Of a stretch of DNA of 64,000 bases, positions 11,987-24,444 are shown in pieces. The DNA is from Eledone cirrhosa (lineage: Eukaryota). The first letter of the stretch is position 1, and the number at the start of each line of letters is the position of its first letter. The position numbers and the translations under genes were made by a program. The stretch spans positions 316,572,001-316,636,000 of the forward strand of contig OZ024741.1 of NCBI GenBank assembly GCA_964016885.1, in the 5' to 3' direction. The notes below the pieces were generated by a model that saw only the letters and a program-made list of their open reading frames with translations, did no database searches and was not told the origin of the DNA.

Positions 11987-12739
11987 ACACAAACACGCAA
12001 TTATACGCGCCTTTCAAACATACACACATTCTCACACACATTCATACCTACACACCCGTAAAACACACACTATTAGTTATACACGCATACAAACTTACAC
12101 GGTGTCTTACACATATACGCTTATGTAAATCTGCACACACACACACACACATCCACACAGGCGTATACACCCTTATATATACTCATACACACTGCCAGAA
12201 ATTTATACACACAAACATGCATACATTTTCTAGAACATATACCTCTACACACACCCACTTATACATACATACATAGTGAATTATATATATACAAACACGT
12301 ACAGAATTATAACCACAAAGAATTATACACAAATACAAACATACATTTTCTCACACCTATATAGCAACATAATTATATTATATATATAAACTTGTACACA
12401 TCCACTTCTATACATCGTTATAAACATACTGTTATATATACTCATACAAACAACCACAGAATTATGCATACAAATAAAGTCATTATCTCACACATAAACC
12501 TCTATAAAAATGTATACACCTATAAACATAGTTATATATATATATATATATACACCCTATAAACATAGTTATATATACACCTCCAAACTCTTATAAATAC
12601 CTACCTCAGTTCTCATCGAACTACAGTCTTTTACCCACAATACACACACACACCATCACCCCACAACACATACACCAACACCACCACAACCACCACAACC
12701 ACTACCACCACAACTACTACCATCATCACCATACCACAA

Positions 12740-13810
12740 ATATCTGCCTTTCATCATTCATGAAAGCAGCCCCGCGATATATGAACTTCTCCATCCGCTT
12801 CAATGGAACCTCATTCACATGTAGAATGCAAGGTGTCTCAGTCTTCGCAGATTGATTTTCATTCCTGCCGTGCATCACTCGGCAGCAAACCTATCAAGAA
12901 CATGCTAGAGATCACTTTCCGACGAGTTAAGTAATACCATGCCGTCTGCAAATTCCAACCGACTAATCCAACAGCCGCCAGTTTGGATATCATTTCCAAC
13001 TCGGCTGCACATGTCAATCCTGTTCATGAAGATTATGAACAGGAGCGATGACAGTCCACACCCGTGGCGAAGTCCGACATCCACATTGAATGGTTCCCAC
13101 TAAGCACCATTTATCCGAACACAAATATTAGGGCATTTATATAGAGACATCAGGACAAGATGTTGTCCATCGATCCCATATTCCTGCAGAACCTTTTACA
13201 ACGCGTGACGTGGGACGCTGTCATATACATTTTGGAGTCTACGAAACAAGAATACACCTCTTGGCAATACTCCCACGATTTCTCGGTGTGAATATTTGGT
13301 CGGCTGTGCTGCATCCAGAGCGAAAACCACACTGTTCGTCAGTTAGCTTGGACTTGACAATATCCTTACATCTCATTGTTAGACAGCAGAGACTTTCCCG
13401 GGGAGGCTTCACAACGCGATCCTTCTATAAATGGAGCAATCTCTCATGACACCCTTTTTGAAAATTAGGATTATCCCCCCGATTGCCATTGCTTAGGTGA
13501 TTGTCCAGAGATCTAGTCCATCCGGCACACACGAGTCAGCCAGAAAATACCTTGTCTATTAAAGGTTTTTAACATTTTGAGCTGAATTTCATCCTTCCCA
13601 GAGGCTTCGCCACATTTGAACTCGTTAATTGCACTTGTGACCTCAGCCTCCGAGATGTTAGTCATCTCTCCCAAAGCAGCTCATGTTTATCAGAAGATGC
13701 TGTTGTGGCCGGGTTAAAGAAATCAGTAAAGTATTGTTTCCACTTCACAAGGATTCATCTCTCTGATGGGAGGAGAACCCCAGACGCGTTCTTGATAGAA
13801 GACATAAACT
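12740..13810 (-). mobile_element. Decayed RTE (Expander-like) LINE, RT region
   Basis: Minus-strand translations GLRHGCGLSSLLFIIFMNRI, LEFADG.VLL and PLKRMEKFIYRG. Multiple stops and frameshifts. Confidence 0.85.
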
Positions 13811-14025
13811 TTCTGTTCATTCATTTTTTATTTACTGTACAAGTATTGCATTGTTTTTAAGTCGACATTTTTATATATAATTTGTCTTTTATTAATTTTT
13901 AAAAAGATGTTTTAGGTGTAGAATTTCGGTATAGGTTTGGGTTTAGGGACAAATTGTCTCTAAATATATATATTTTGTGGTAAGTATTGAGGAGCTGAAA
14001 CTAGTCATATTCGTTTCCAAAAAGC

Positions 14026-14204
14026 ACTTTGTATGTTATCTGCTCAACTAGCACAGACAATACTCTCCGATAAAACCAAACCACCTGACAACAACAACAA
14101 CAACAACTACTACTACTACTACTCCTACTAGTAAGGTGGTTTGGTTTTATCAGAGCTGTTATTATTGTTTTAGCATTGTCTGCCCTAGTTGAGCAGACCA
14201 TACA

Positions 14205-14208
<4 letters not shown>
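14026..14208. repeat. Inverted repeat with (ACA)n(CTA)n spacer
   Basis: 14026-14086 matches the reverse complement of 14134-14208, with one indel. Confidence 0.85.
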
Positions 14209-14248
<40 letters not shown>

Positions 14249-14356
14249 TGACATGAGTAGGTAGAGCACACCTCATCTCTACCTACACAACCCTCACCAA
14301 TATTAAATGCCAAACCAATAACTACTGTTGCTGTTATTTCCACCGTCGCCACCACC

Positions 14357-14387
<31 letters not shown>

Positions 14388-14571
14388 TGACTACCATCAC
14401 CGACACATATGACAACAACACAACCAACACCACCACCATCAACAAAAGGACCCTCACCACTACCAATACCTTCCAACCTACTTTTATCCACTTGTTATTT
14501 AGATCGCCTCTTTCCCACCAAACCCCTCCCTTCCCTGTGTCATCTGGTAGACATATACACCTACACAAGTG

Positions 14572-14705
<134 letters not shown>

Positions 14706-14842
14706 CGTGTGTGCGTGTGTGCGTGCGCGTGTGTGTGTATAGACAAACATTTTTTACTGGGTCTAAGCAATTATATTTTCTCACACAAGCAAAGATAGGC
14801 AGCAAATAGGTAAATATAAGCATATATATATAGATGCTTATA

Positions 14843-14926
<84 letters not shown>

Positions 14927-15130
14927 TGTGTATGTGTGTGTGTTTGTAAACGCTGACCCTATATACTGTATACGAATCGTGAAAAAACATCATGCGACTT
15001 ATCTGCTAGACTTACAAAATATGTAGTACACTATAGATGTTGTATTCAAAAAGGGGATGCGACTCACACACGAATGTCTACCTGTGAGCAAGGTAAAGAA
15101 AAGAAAGTACTCAATAATAGAAAATAGAGC

Positions 15131-15295
15131 AATAATTGTTTCTACTTTAGGCACAAGGCCAGCAATCACCCAGTGCATTACTGGTACTTTATTTTATCGA
15201 CCCCGTAAGGATGAAAGGCAAAGTCAACCTCGGCGGGATTTGAACTCAGATCGTAAAGGGACGTAACTATGCTGGAAAGCATGGCGTCCGGAAGC
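15131..15295 (-). mobile_element. SINE family A
   Basis: Matches the recurring SINE core; B-box gagttcaaatccc on the minus strand. Confidence 0.85.
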
Positions 15296-15904
15296 TGAAA
15301 ATCCACGAATTTTGTCTCTGAATACCTCGTAGCCGATCTTCGGACAATTATGAAAAATGGAACAAGGAGGTAAAAAGAACTCAATCTTAAGTTGAGATTA
15401 GAATATGACATTACACTTTGTGTAATAGTTTCATATGTTTCCAAACCATTCATTATTTTGGCTTTTCGTCAGGCGAATATGATGGTGAACAAATATGGCG
15501 TCTTACAAGGAGGTGCGAGAAACTGAGTTAAGAAATAAGATTCAAATGGACTGAGGAAAAACCAAGGAAGGCTGCTGTAATCCCGTAATGCCAATCCCTA
15601 CCCCACCCCATCTCACACACACCAGCTGAGTTCCTCTTCTATGTTGGTAGCAGACAAAAAAACAAATCTAATTATTAGCCGTACTGTAGGATAATTTAGA
15701 TGGTGAGATTGTTGAATAAGGGGATTACGGAGGAGGTGTTTCATTGTGAGTATAAGACCGACGGGGTAAAAACATGTATCTGAGTTAGCCGTTAGGATCG
15801 TGATTGCATTGTATGTGTACAGGTCACTTCCATGTGGTTGTAGATTTGGCATACTGGAGCATATGCATGTAGACACATTCACATATGCATTCAAGAGTGT
15901 GTGC

Positions 15905-16160
15905 TGGACCTCCGTCGTTTCCGACTACGAGTGTTCCAGTTGTTCGAACAATAGAACAGCCTGCTCTTGAAATTAACGTGCAAGTGGCTGAGCATTCTCT
16001 ACACATGAGTATCCTTAACGTAGTTCTCGGTCAGATTCAGGGTGATACAGTAAGTAGTAAGATAAACCCTTTAAATTACATGCACGAATCTTACTCAAGG
16101 ACACAACGAATCGCCGTAAATATTACGATCGTGAGCCGAATGTTCTAACCACTAAGCTAT
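15905..16160 (-). mobile_element. SINE family C (CORE-like tRNA SINE)
   Basis: Shares gaaattaacgtgcaagtggctgagca..ccttaacgtagttctc with 35300-35560, 47770-48040 and 50222-50500. Confidence 0.75.
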
Positions 16161-16307
16161 TGATTGGTATGCAGATATCTATACATATTCATAGGTACAT
16201 GTAATTTGCACGCATTCACCCGAGATTAGATAGCATAAACGACAGGCATGTTAAGTCTACATATTACTACCTCCTCATATACACACAAAGACACACTCCC
16301 ACACAAA

Positions 16308-16497
16308 TAATTGTTTCTACTTTAGGCACAAGGCCAGCAATTAACCAGTACATTACTGGTACTTTATTTTATCGACCCCGTAAGGATGAAAGGCAAAGTT
16401 AACCTCGGCGGGATTTGAACTCAGACTGTAAAGGGACGTAACCATGCTAGAAAGCATGGCATCCAACCCTCTATTGATACTGCCAATTCACCGCCCT
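16308..16497 (-). mobile_element. SINE family A (near full length)
   Basis: Head ggcggtgaattggcagtatc, core, and tail gtgcctaaagtagaaacaatt. Confidence 0.85.
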
Positions 16498-16572
16498 ACT
16501 CTCACACACAATAAAATCGATTAATAAATAAATATTATTGGATGGGCGTATATATGTACGTGATAGATAGAC

Positions 16573-16624
<52 letters not shown>

Positions 16625-16994
16625 GCTATCAGTGTGTGTGTGTCTGTGTGTGTTTATTCGATAATATATACTAAACATAGTTGAATAAATCTATAACACT
16701 CTATAGACATTCCGAGAAATATGTATCTAAAAGCGATGTCATCATCGCTTTCTTTCTATTTTTAATATTATCTTATAAGAAACACGTTATAAGACATCGT
16801 CTTCAGCATGTGTAGCAACGTACAAGGCTATCATCGGCCTAGTTATCGGTTAGTGTCGCCACATCGCTTGATGTTTTCTCAGAACTTATTTTAATAAAGC
16901 ATATCATTTAATGAATCTTTGCTGAGATATACATTATTGAAAGAGTAGATTATGATTATGTTGATGAAATTTAAAATAATGGAGTAAATGACTA

Positions 16995-17342
16995 ATGTTA
17001 CTCGGTAGAGTGCGTAACTCGGAGATCAGAGAGTCACTCCAGCCTGAGCCGCTACTTCTCTCAATTGAAAGATCACAGCTCCGATACTATGGCCATGTGG
17101 TTAGAATGTCTCTGGAAAGAATCGCTGGACGGATCTTACGTGCAAAACCAACCGGCAAGAAACCCAGGGGTAGACCACGAGCAAGATGGTTGGATAACAT
17201 CCATGGGCTTGGCTGGTCATGCTTAGGGATACAACTGAAATAGTTATTGATGGTGGCTTCTGATAGGACCCTCTGGAAGAAGTGTTTGGGGACTCTTCCC
17301 CCACGACCTCTCAGGAATAAGTAGGCGAAGAAGAAGAAGAGT
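16995..17342 (+). mobile_element. 3' end of RTE (Expander-like) LINE
   Basis: RVRNSEIRESL..EPLLLSIERSQLRYYGHVVRM..KPRGRPRARWLD. (GAA)n tail. Confidence 0.9.
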
Positions 17343-17644
17343 AAATGAGGCAAAATCAAAACGAAGAGGATACACAGAGGGCCAAGAACAGTTATTGATA
17401 AGGTCATTGAATGTGTGACCAAAGAACTTTGACGATTAAATAACCATTCAGTTACTTAGCAAATCAAGGAATGGATTAGAGACTAACTAGTAACAAAACC
17501 GATGTGAAAACGTACTGGTGTGTTTATTGGTGTGTTAGATTTTATTGGCAGTATGGTTTTCTCAAAGTATAACAATATCTGTTTCAACACAATTTCACAC
17601 CCAGAATCTTGCAAGACAAATACAAAACCGACGTCATTTTTCGT

Positions 17645-17743
17645 AATGTTGTCCTGGCGCCCGATGAGTGGCCAGAGTTGAAACGGCTCTTCCACTATAC
17701 AGTAGTGGCCATAACTGGATCCCGAAACCTAAGGTCGCGCATT
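17645..17743 (+). ncRNA. Type I hammerhead ribozyme with branched helix II (U4C core variant)
   Basis: gcgc-CCGAUGA-g[..ccag, two hairpins, cugg..]c-GAAA-cc-uaa-gg-UC-gcgc. Stem I extendable by aaug/cauu. Confidence 0.65.
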
Positions 17744-17770
17744 CATGTTAAGTGTATGAAATTTTAATTA

Positions 17771-17864
<94 letters not shown>

Positions 17865-18270
17865 TAATTAAAATTGTATGGGAGAAGAAATGGTATATAT
17901 TTTATCTAGTGATTCTAAGGACATGATTTATGATATATTGCTTTGCTCTGATTATTTAATTTATTAATTCTTCATTGAGCTACAACGTGACCGGTTGCAA
18001 AACATATATATCTATGACTTTATGTATATGTAAACCTTGATATATATATATATCATATCTCATTTTGTTTGACCCGTTTAGCTTGTTCGCTTTTGGGGGC
18101 TATGGTGGTTAATGGCTTCTTAACCATTGTCTCAGCGTGTATGACCATTTTAACTTATGTTTATAGCTCTGGTATCTTCTTCTTCATATCCATGGAGCGC
18201 TTGTCTGCACAATATGGAAGTTGCGTTTCGCTAATTTTTACCCGCCGAAATGCGATTCTCGCTAAATTTA

Positions 18271-18325
<55 letters not shown>

Positions 18326-18339
18326 TCCGTTCCGAGAGA

Positions 18340-19860
18340 TCCTCCATCAACTTTATTGAAGTCCTTGAGATACTTGTTTCATTGACTCAGATTTTGATCG
18401 TGTTTACTTCTTTGTCTCATCAACAGTATTTCTGCATACTTCAACCATAGATCCCGATAATATCTTCTGGTTGGTTTAGCAAACAATAATTTCTTTGTAT
18501 ATATTGTATTTTCTGCTCGGCATACATGTCGAATATACTGGAGGTGTTGTGCTTAGAGGAAGTGTCTTGACAATATTTTATATTTCTACGTTACTGATTA
18601 CAAAATTGTATTCTTCTTTATTACGATTGATTCTGCTCTAACCCCCTTTAACCATGTTTCACATGTTTCATTGAAATTGAATCCAGTATGCTCCCATTTT
18701 TCATATTTCAATTTCCTTCGGAAGCCAAGATTGTACTCCATATGTCAGTCAAGATCACACAAACACTTCAAGTAACTTTCTTCTTTTGTTCATATTAGTG
18801 TTGCCTGTTACTACTGCTCTCAGTTTATTAAACTTAGCTGTTGTTTTTGATATTTGCAGCTCTACTGAAATTGCTTTTGGATCACTAGAAATCACCTATC
18901 CCAAATAAATGAAATTTTTCCACATTCTTTATTGCATTTTCATCTCTGCCGAAAAGTGACTCCTTCTCCGCATCATCGCTGTTGTTGAACACTTGAGTTT
19001 TCGACTGTTTGAATGGTATTGCTTGCTCAAATCTTTTACATGTGTTGTTAATGATATCGAGCAATTTCTCGGCCTCGTCACCTATGCTACATCATCAGTA
19101 TATAGAATCCAGCGAATAACATCAATTCTACGTAAACATCCATTTTTCTTCTGCTCTCTATTTCAACACGTATGAGGAATATTGTATTCAAACTTAATAC
19201 CCCACCCTCCACGGAACGCTTCATCAATAGCATGTGCAACAGTTTTTAGTACATAAACAAAAAAAGTAATGATTGAAAATAGAAGGATATTCCTGTCCAC
19301 CTTGACTACAACCAGCAATGACATCAAACTTAGTCTTCGTACCATTTAACTTTTGCAAGATTGCAATCAATTGATGAGCTCCTGTTCGCATTAAGACCAC
19401 TTTAAAGAGATTATTTGTTACGTGGTTATATGCTCCAATTAAATCAATGTACACTGCAATGAATCTATCCTCATATTTCTCAATAATATTCTTAACAACA
19501 AATATACTAACGGTAGTGGAAGGATTTTGGCGGAATTCATACCATGCTTTGTTTATGTTTCTCTTACATGACTTCTTCAGTCTTCCAATTACAATCTTAG
19601 CTAGAATCCTGCTCATATTATCCCACTCCAATGGACAGACCTCGATCCTTAGTTGCTAAATGTATTACTCCTTTCTTGAAAAGACATATGATACTTGCAC
19701 TTAATCATTCAGTTGGTACTCCTATCAGATTCCATTGCAAAGTCAGGTGCACAAGTATTGCAGGTACTAAATGCATCCTGTTGTTGTTTACTTTGTTAGT
19801 TCCCGTGCTCTTGTTGTTTTAGAAGCGCTTTAACACGTCTTCAACTGTTATAACAGGTTA
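18340..19860 (-). mobile_element. Decayed LINE RT (RTE-group-like)
   Basis: SRILAKIVIGRL..YEFRQNPSTTVSIFVVKNIIEK..AVYIDLIGAYNHV..GCSQGG..PSIFNHYF, then ILYTDD. Confidence 0.8.
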
Positions 19861-19973
19861 CGTCAGCTAGAATGATTTGTGGTATTTGTATCAGTTCTCG
19901 GCTCTCAGAGATACCTTCATCCCATCCTTTCGAGGTCGAGTCGATAAGAGTACCAATTTAGTACTAGGGTAGA

Positions 19974-20039
<66 letters not shown>

Positions 20040-20770
20040 CCTTTTCGGGTGGAAATCGGGTGCATTCAGACCTGGAGAAAAGATAGCCTCCACTAGGTTC
20101 AAAGTGCCCAACATACACCGTGTGTCAATACGGCGCTCCAATGACTCTATTAGGAGTTACGGTGTACGAGTGAGTAGATATATAAATATATATATATAAG
20201 TATATAAATGTGTGTGTGTATATGTGTGTATATGTGTGTAGGTGTGTGTGCGCGTGTGTGTGTATGCAGTCATGTGTGTGTGTATGTGTGTGTGTGAGTG
20301 TACGTGTGTGTGTATGTGTGTGTGTGAGTGTATGTGTGTGTATATGTGTGTGTATGTGTGTGCGTATGTGTGTGTGTGTGTGTGTTACAGATTGGTATGG
20401 TTACAGCGAAGACATGAACTGTAAAGTAGGTATCTGAAAATATTTTAGGTGTATAACGCAAACACCTAATTAATAGTTATACGCCTACTAAGTTGTATAA
20501 TATACATCTATGAAATAAATCAGTCAACGATAAAATAGACGACAGCCTTATATGTTTGAGACACCTAATGCTAACAACAGATATATTGTTATCGCAAAAG
20601 AAAAACAAATTAAACAGCTTTGACGAAACTCATGTAACCAAATACCATTAAACTATACAAGAATTGTAGAGCAAGCCGACTAAACTTTGCACCACATTAG
20701 GAAAACTAAAGATAAATTATATATATGTTTATGTATGTATGAATGTATGTATGTATGTATGTATGTATGT

Positions 20771-21384
20771 TCAGGTCAGGTCACCAGTTGGTGCTACTGG
20801 TAACGTGTATCCCAGTACAACCTGTCCCATGGTCTGGTCGTTGGCGACTAAACTGGCAACCCCACCAAGGTTTCTTGGTGAGGAGGGTGACTTTGGACAT
20901 CCTGCAGGACTAAAAACAAAACCTGTCAAAAGGCAAAGGAGCTCTTAAGAGTCAATGGCCACCAAAATCACCGGGAGAGATGACCCCTTAGCCTTTGTCA
21001 AGGCAGAATTCTAGGAGAAGGAAAACTCTGATATAGCACCTGCAACCCTGATGGTATCCAATGATGTTGACTTGTTCTTCTTTTTGGTAAATATCATCTT
21101 GGTTAAGAGAGTGGGACTGGCTTTTTGCAGTGCCTTTGCTCACTATAAAAGCTTCACGGCACAGGCATTTTTTTATATCTGGAGATCTCTCTACACTTGT
21201 CGTCACATGGTACCAAGGGCCCAGCACTATGTGTCAATAATTGTCACAGGTGTAGTGTTTGTATCAGAGTTTTCAAGTTGCTGGCTGGACTAAAAAGTCA
21301 CACTCGTTCAGCGCATCGGTAGGGGTTCTCCTACATGGGTATAAAGTAGTGGCCGTACTCGAAAATGAGTTGGCAGCCACCATG
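20771..21384 (+). mobile_element. RTE-derived bipartite non-autonomous element (subfamily 1)
   Basis: RTE-type 5' leader motif ctaggagaaggaaaactctga fused to an ORF 3' end (C..C.RVFKLLAGLKSHTRSAHR*). Terminal stem-loop gtggc..actcg-aaaa-tgagt..gccac and (TATG)n tail. Confidence 0.8.
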
Positions 21385-21424
21385 TATGTATGTATGTATG
21401 TATGTATGTATGTATGTATTTATA

Positions 21425-21939
21425 TCAGGTCGCTCTCGAGTGCTACTGGTAACATGTAATCCAGTACAACCTGTCTCATGGTCGGGTCGTCGGCGCCTAA
21501 ACCGGCAACTCCACCAAGATTGCTTGGTGAGGAGGGTGATATTTGGACACCCTGCAGAGTGAAATACAAGACCCGGCGAAGGGCGGAGGAACGCAGCAGA
21601 GTCAACGGCCATCCAAATAGTACTTTTTTTTTTTACCTGGGAGTGAAAGTCCCCCAGTTGTTGTCACAGAACCTTTCTAAGAGAGGTAAACTCTCAAAAA
21701 AAACCTGCGGCTTCGGAAACATTCGATGATGTTGACCAGTTCTCCTTTTCGGGTAGTGCTCAGAGAGTGGGATTGGTCGAATGCAAGGCCTTTCACCACT
21801 TAAAAACCTTCAAAGCACAGGCATTGCTTGCTCAGGATATGTTACAGGTTCGTGTGGCAGGTCGTAGCCTAAAGGTGCACCATTTTCTTCAATCTGACAA
21901 GCGATTTCAATACTCTTAGCAGAGTTTGCATCCACCATG
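21425..21939 (+). mobile_element. RTE-derived bipartite element (subfamily 2)
   Basis: 5' leader homologous to 20771. Terminal hairpin actct-tagc-agagt and (TATG)n tail. Homologous to 51821-52323. Confidence 0.8.
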
Positions 21940-22477
21940 TATGTATGTATGTATGTATGTATGTATGTATGTATGTATGTATGTATGTATGTATGTATGT
22001 ATGTATGTATGTATGTATGCATGCATGTATGTATGCATGCATGTATGTTCTGGTTTTATAATTTCATAAATTTTTACCAATACTGAGTGAATCGGTTTCT
22101 AACATAGGCACAAGAGTATTTCATTGGAATTTAGACATCAACTAGATAGATATGTATCATGTTTGCATACGCACGTGTTTGTGCAGGTATGGATGTTATT
22201 GTATGTGTGGATGTGGATGCTTTGAGCTATATATGTTCATGTGTATGTGATTTGTATCTGGACATGTGTACATTCAGTTATTACATGCAGAATTTTTGGA
22301 ATGTCTTACATATTTTTACTGTTCCATTAATGGATTGTACTTGTAATTTCCTAACTAGTCGAGTTCTTTCTGGTTCTGTATGTATGTATGTATGTATGTA
22401 TGTATGTATGTATGTATGTATGTATGTATGTATGTATGTATGTATATGTGTGCGTGTGTGTGTTTTATTTTATATAT

Positions 22478-22761
22478 AAAACCTGCGACAGAGTTTGCAT
22501 CCAATGATGTAGACCAGTTCTTCTTTTGGGGAAAATGCATTCGATGTTCAAAGAGTGGAATTAGCACCTTGCAAAGCCTTTCCTCGCTTAAAAAAGCTTC
22601 AAGCATAAGCATCGCTTGATATGTGACATTTTTTGCGATGCATGGTATTGCTCAATACCATGCATCGCAAGTCCCTAGCAGGACTAAAAAGCCACATCCG
22701 TGATGCTCATGCTTAATTATCAAGCGATGGCATTACTCGAATTTGAGTTGCAGTCATCATG
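22478..22761 (+). mobile_element. 5'-truncated RTE-derived bipartite element (subfamily 3)
   Basis: Shares caatgatgt.gacc.gttc and gagtgg.att with the copies above. Ends ..SLAGLKSHIRDAHA* plus hairpin and TATG tail. Confidence 0.75.
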
Positions 22762-22774
22762 TATGTACGTATGT

Positions 22775-23905
22775 GTGAATGTAATACTGGTGATCTTTGC
22801 TTTCTTGGGGATCCCTGTGTTGGTGACATAGTCACTCCCGTGGATTTTTAGTATTGTGCGAAGACAGTGTTGGTGGTTTCTCTCCAGGAGGCGCGTGTGA
22901 CATCGATACAAAACCCGCGACTTAAAGCAATATAAGTGAGTGGTTAGGTATACGGCCCTGTAGACGCTGATCTTTGTCTCTATTTTGAATTTATTGTTCC
23001 TCTACACTCTCTTGTGAAGTCTCCCAAAAGCGCTGCTGGCTTTGGCTAACCTGTTGTCCAATTCCTTGTCAAATCTAGTGTCAATGGAAATGACACTTCC
23101 AAGATAGACGAATTGCTGCACAATGTTCAGTTTGGCCTGCTTGATGGAAATACTTGGGTGATGGTTTACATCTTGGAGAGCAGGCTCGTGGAAGACTTCA
23201 GTCGTCTTTAAACTGACTTCTAGGCTAAAGACGTCAGAACTATTTCCAAAGCAAGAAGTAATGCGTTGCATAGCTCTTTCGGTGTGCACTATGAGTGCAG
23301 CACCATTATCAGCAAACAGGAGCTCTCGGATCCGCTTTTCTGTGATTTTTGTGTATACCTGTAACCACCGCAAATTGAAGAGGTTTCCATCGGTGCGAAA
23401 TCTGATGTAATCCCATTTGTCTTCATGGAAGTCTTTCATGGCTTGTTCAAGCATCATGATGGAAAATAATGAGAACAGCGTTGGGGTAAGAACGCAATGT
23501 TGCTTCCTGCCGTTGGGGATTTGAGAGGGCTAGGATAAGTCGTTCCCAAATCTGACATGACTGAGGTTCCCATCGTGGAGCTGGGTGATCATAGTGAGAA
23601 CCTTTGTTGGGTAGCCTAGCTTTTCTATAAACTGCCACAGACCCTCTCTGAACACTGTGTCGAACGCTTTGGTCAAGTTGACGAAGGTGATGAACAGACT
23701 TCTGTTTTGGAGCTGCCTTATGACAAAGTCCGCGCTGCTCTGATTTGCTCTAAAACCACACAGGCTCTCATGGTGATGGTCTTCAGCAATGATAGGTGTT
23801 AGTCTGTCCAGCAGAATTCCTGCGATAGAGAGCATGATGATGCGTCTGTCATTGGAGTAATCTGGCTTTCGCACCTTGTTCTTATAAAGGCTGATAATTA
23901 TTGCA
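22775..23905 (-). mobile_element. RTE-clade LINE RT fragment
   Basis: ESLCGFRANQS..FVNLTKAFDTVFREGLW; RELLFADN; FVYLGSVIS..LDNRLAKASSAFGRLHKRV. Confidence 0.9.
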
Positions 23906-23975
23906 TATACAGGGTGCGGCAAAAATACCTCCCACATTTTAATGGTTGAACGTGTAAAATATGGGGGCGGCTTCG

Positions 23976-24177
23976 CATCTTGGAGTTCTCGCCAGTGTTC
24001 ATAAACTTTCCCCTATGCTACGAGCTGTCTCACCTATGTAAGTTGTGTTCTTATTCCTACAATGTCGCTCAGTGCATCTAGTTTTGCAGTTAGTTTGTGG
24101 GCGTAATTTGCAGATTATGCATTCCTATGCACTGATAGGAGAAAGGATAACTGAACACTGGTGAGAACTCCAAGATG
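23976..24177. mobile_element. Probable MITE (26-bp inverted repeats)
   Basis: catcttggagttctcgccagtgttca (23976-24001) versus tgaacactggtgagaactccaagatg (24152-24177): 1 mismatch. Confidence 0.6.
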
Positions 24178-24444
24178 GGGGAAAACTCACCAGCACTCAA
24201 CTAACAGACTAAAATGGAACATGGGGCGAACATTAAAGAACATAGAGATAAAAATTATATCCACACACAGAAAATACGCAATGAATGGTATCGACCTTAA
24301 TTAACTGAAACCGTAGTGATTTCCAGAGGTTGACTGAGGAGATGGGACTGTCCGTCTTTCCGCTTTTTTCCATTGTCTTTGTCCTGTGTGCACCCTATTT
24401 AAAAAAAAAAAAATTATATATATATATAAGCAGTGACACTTCAG

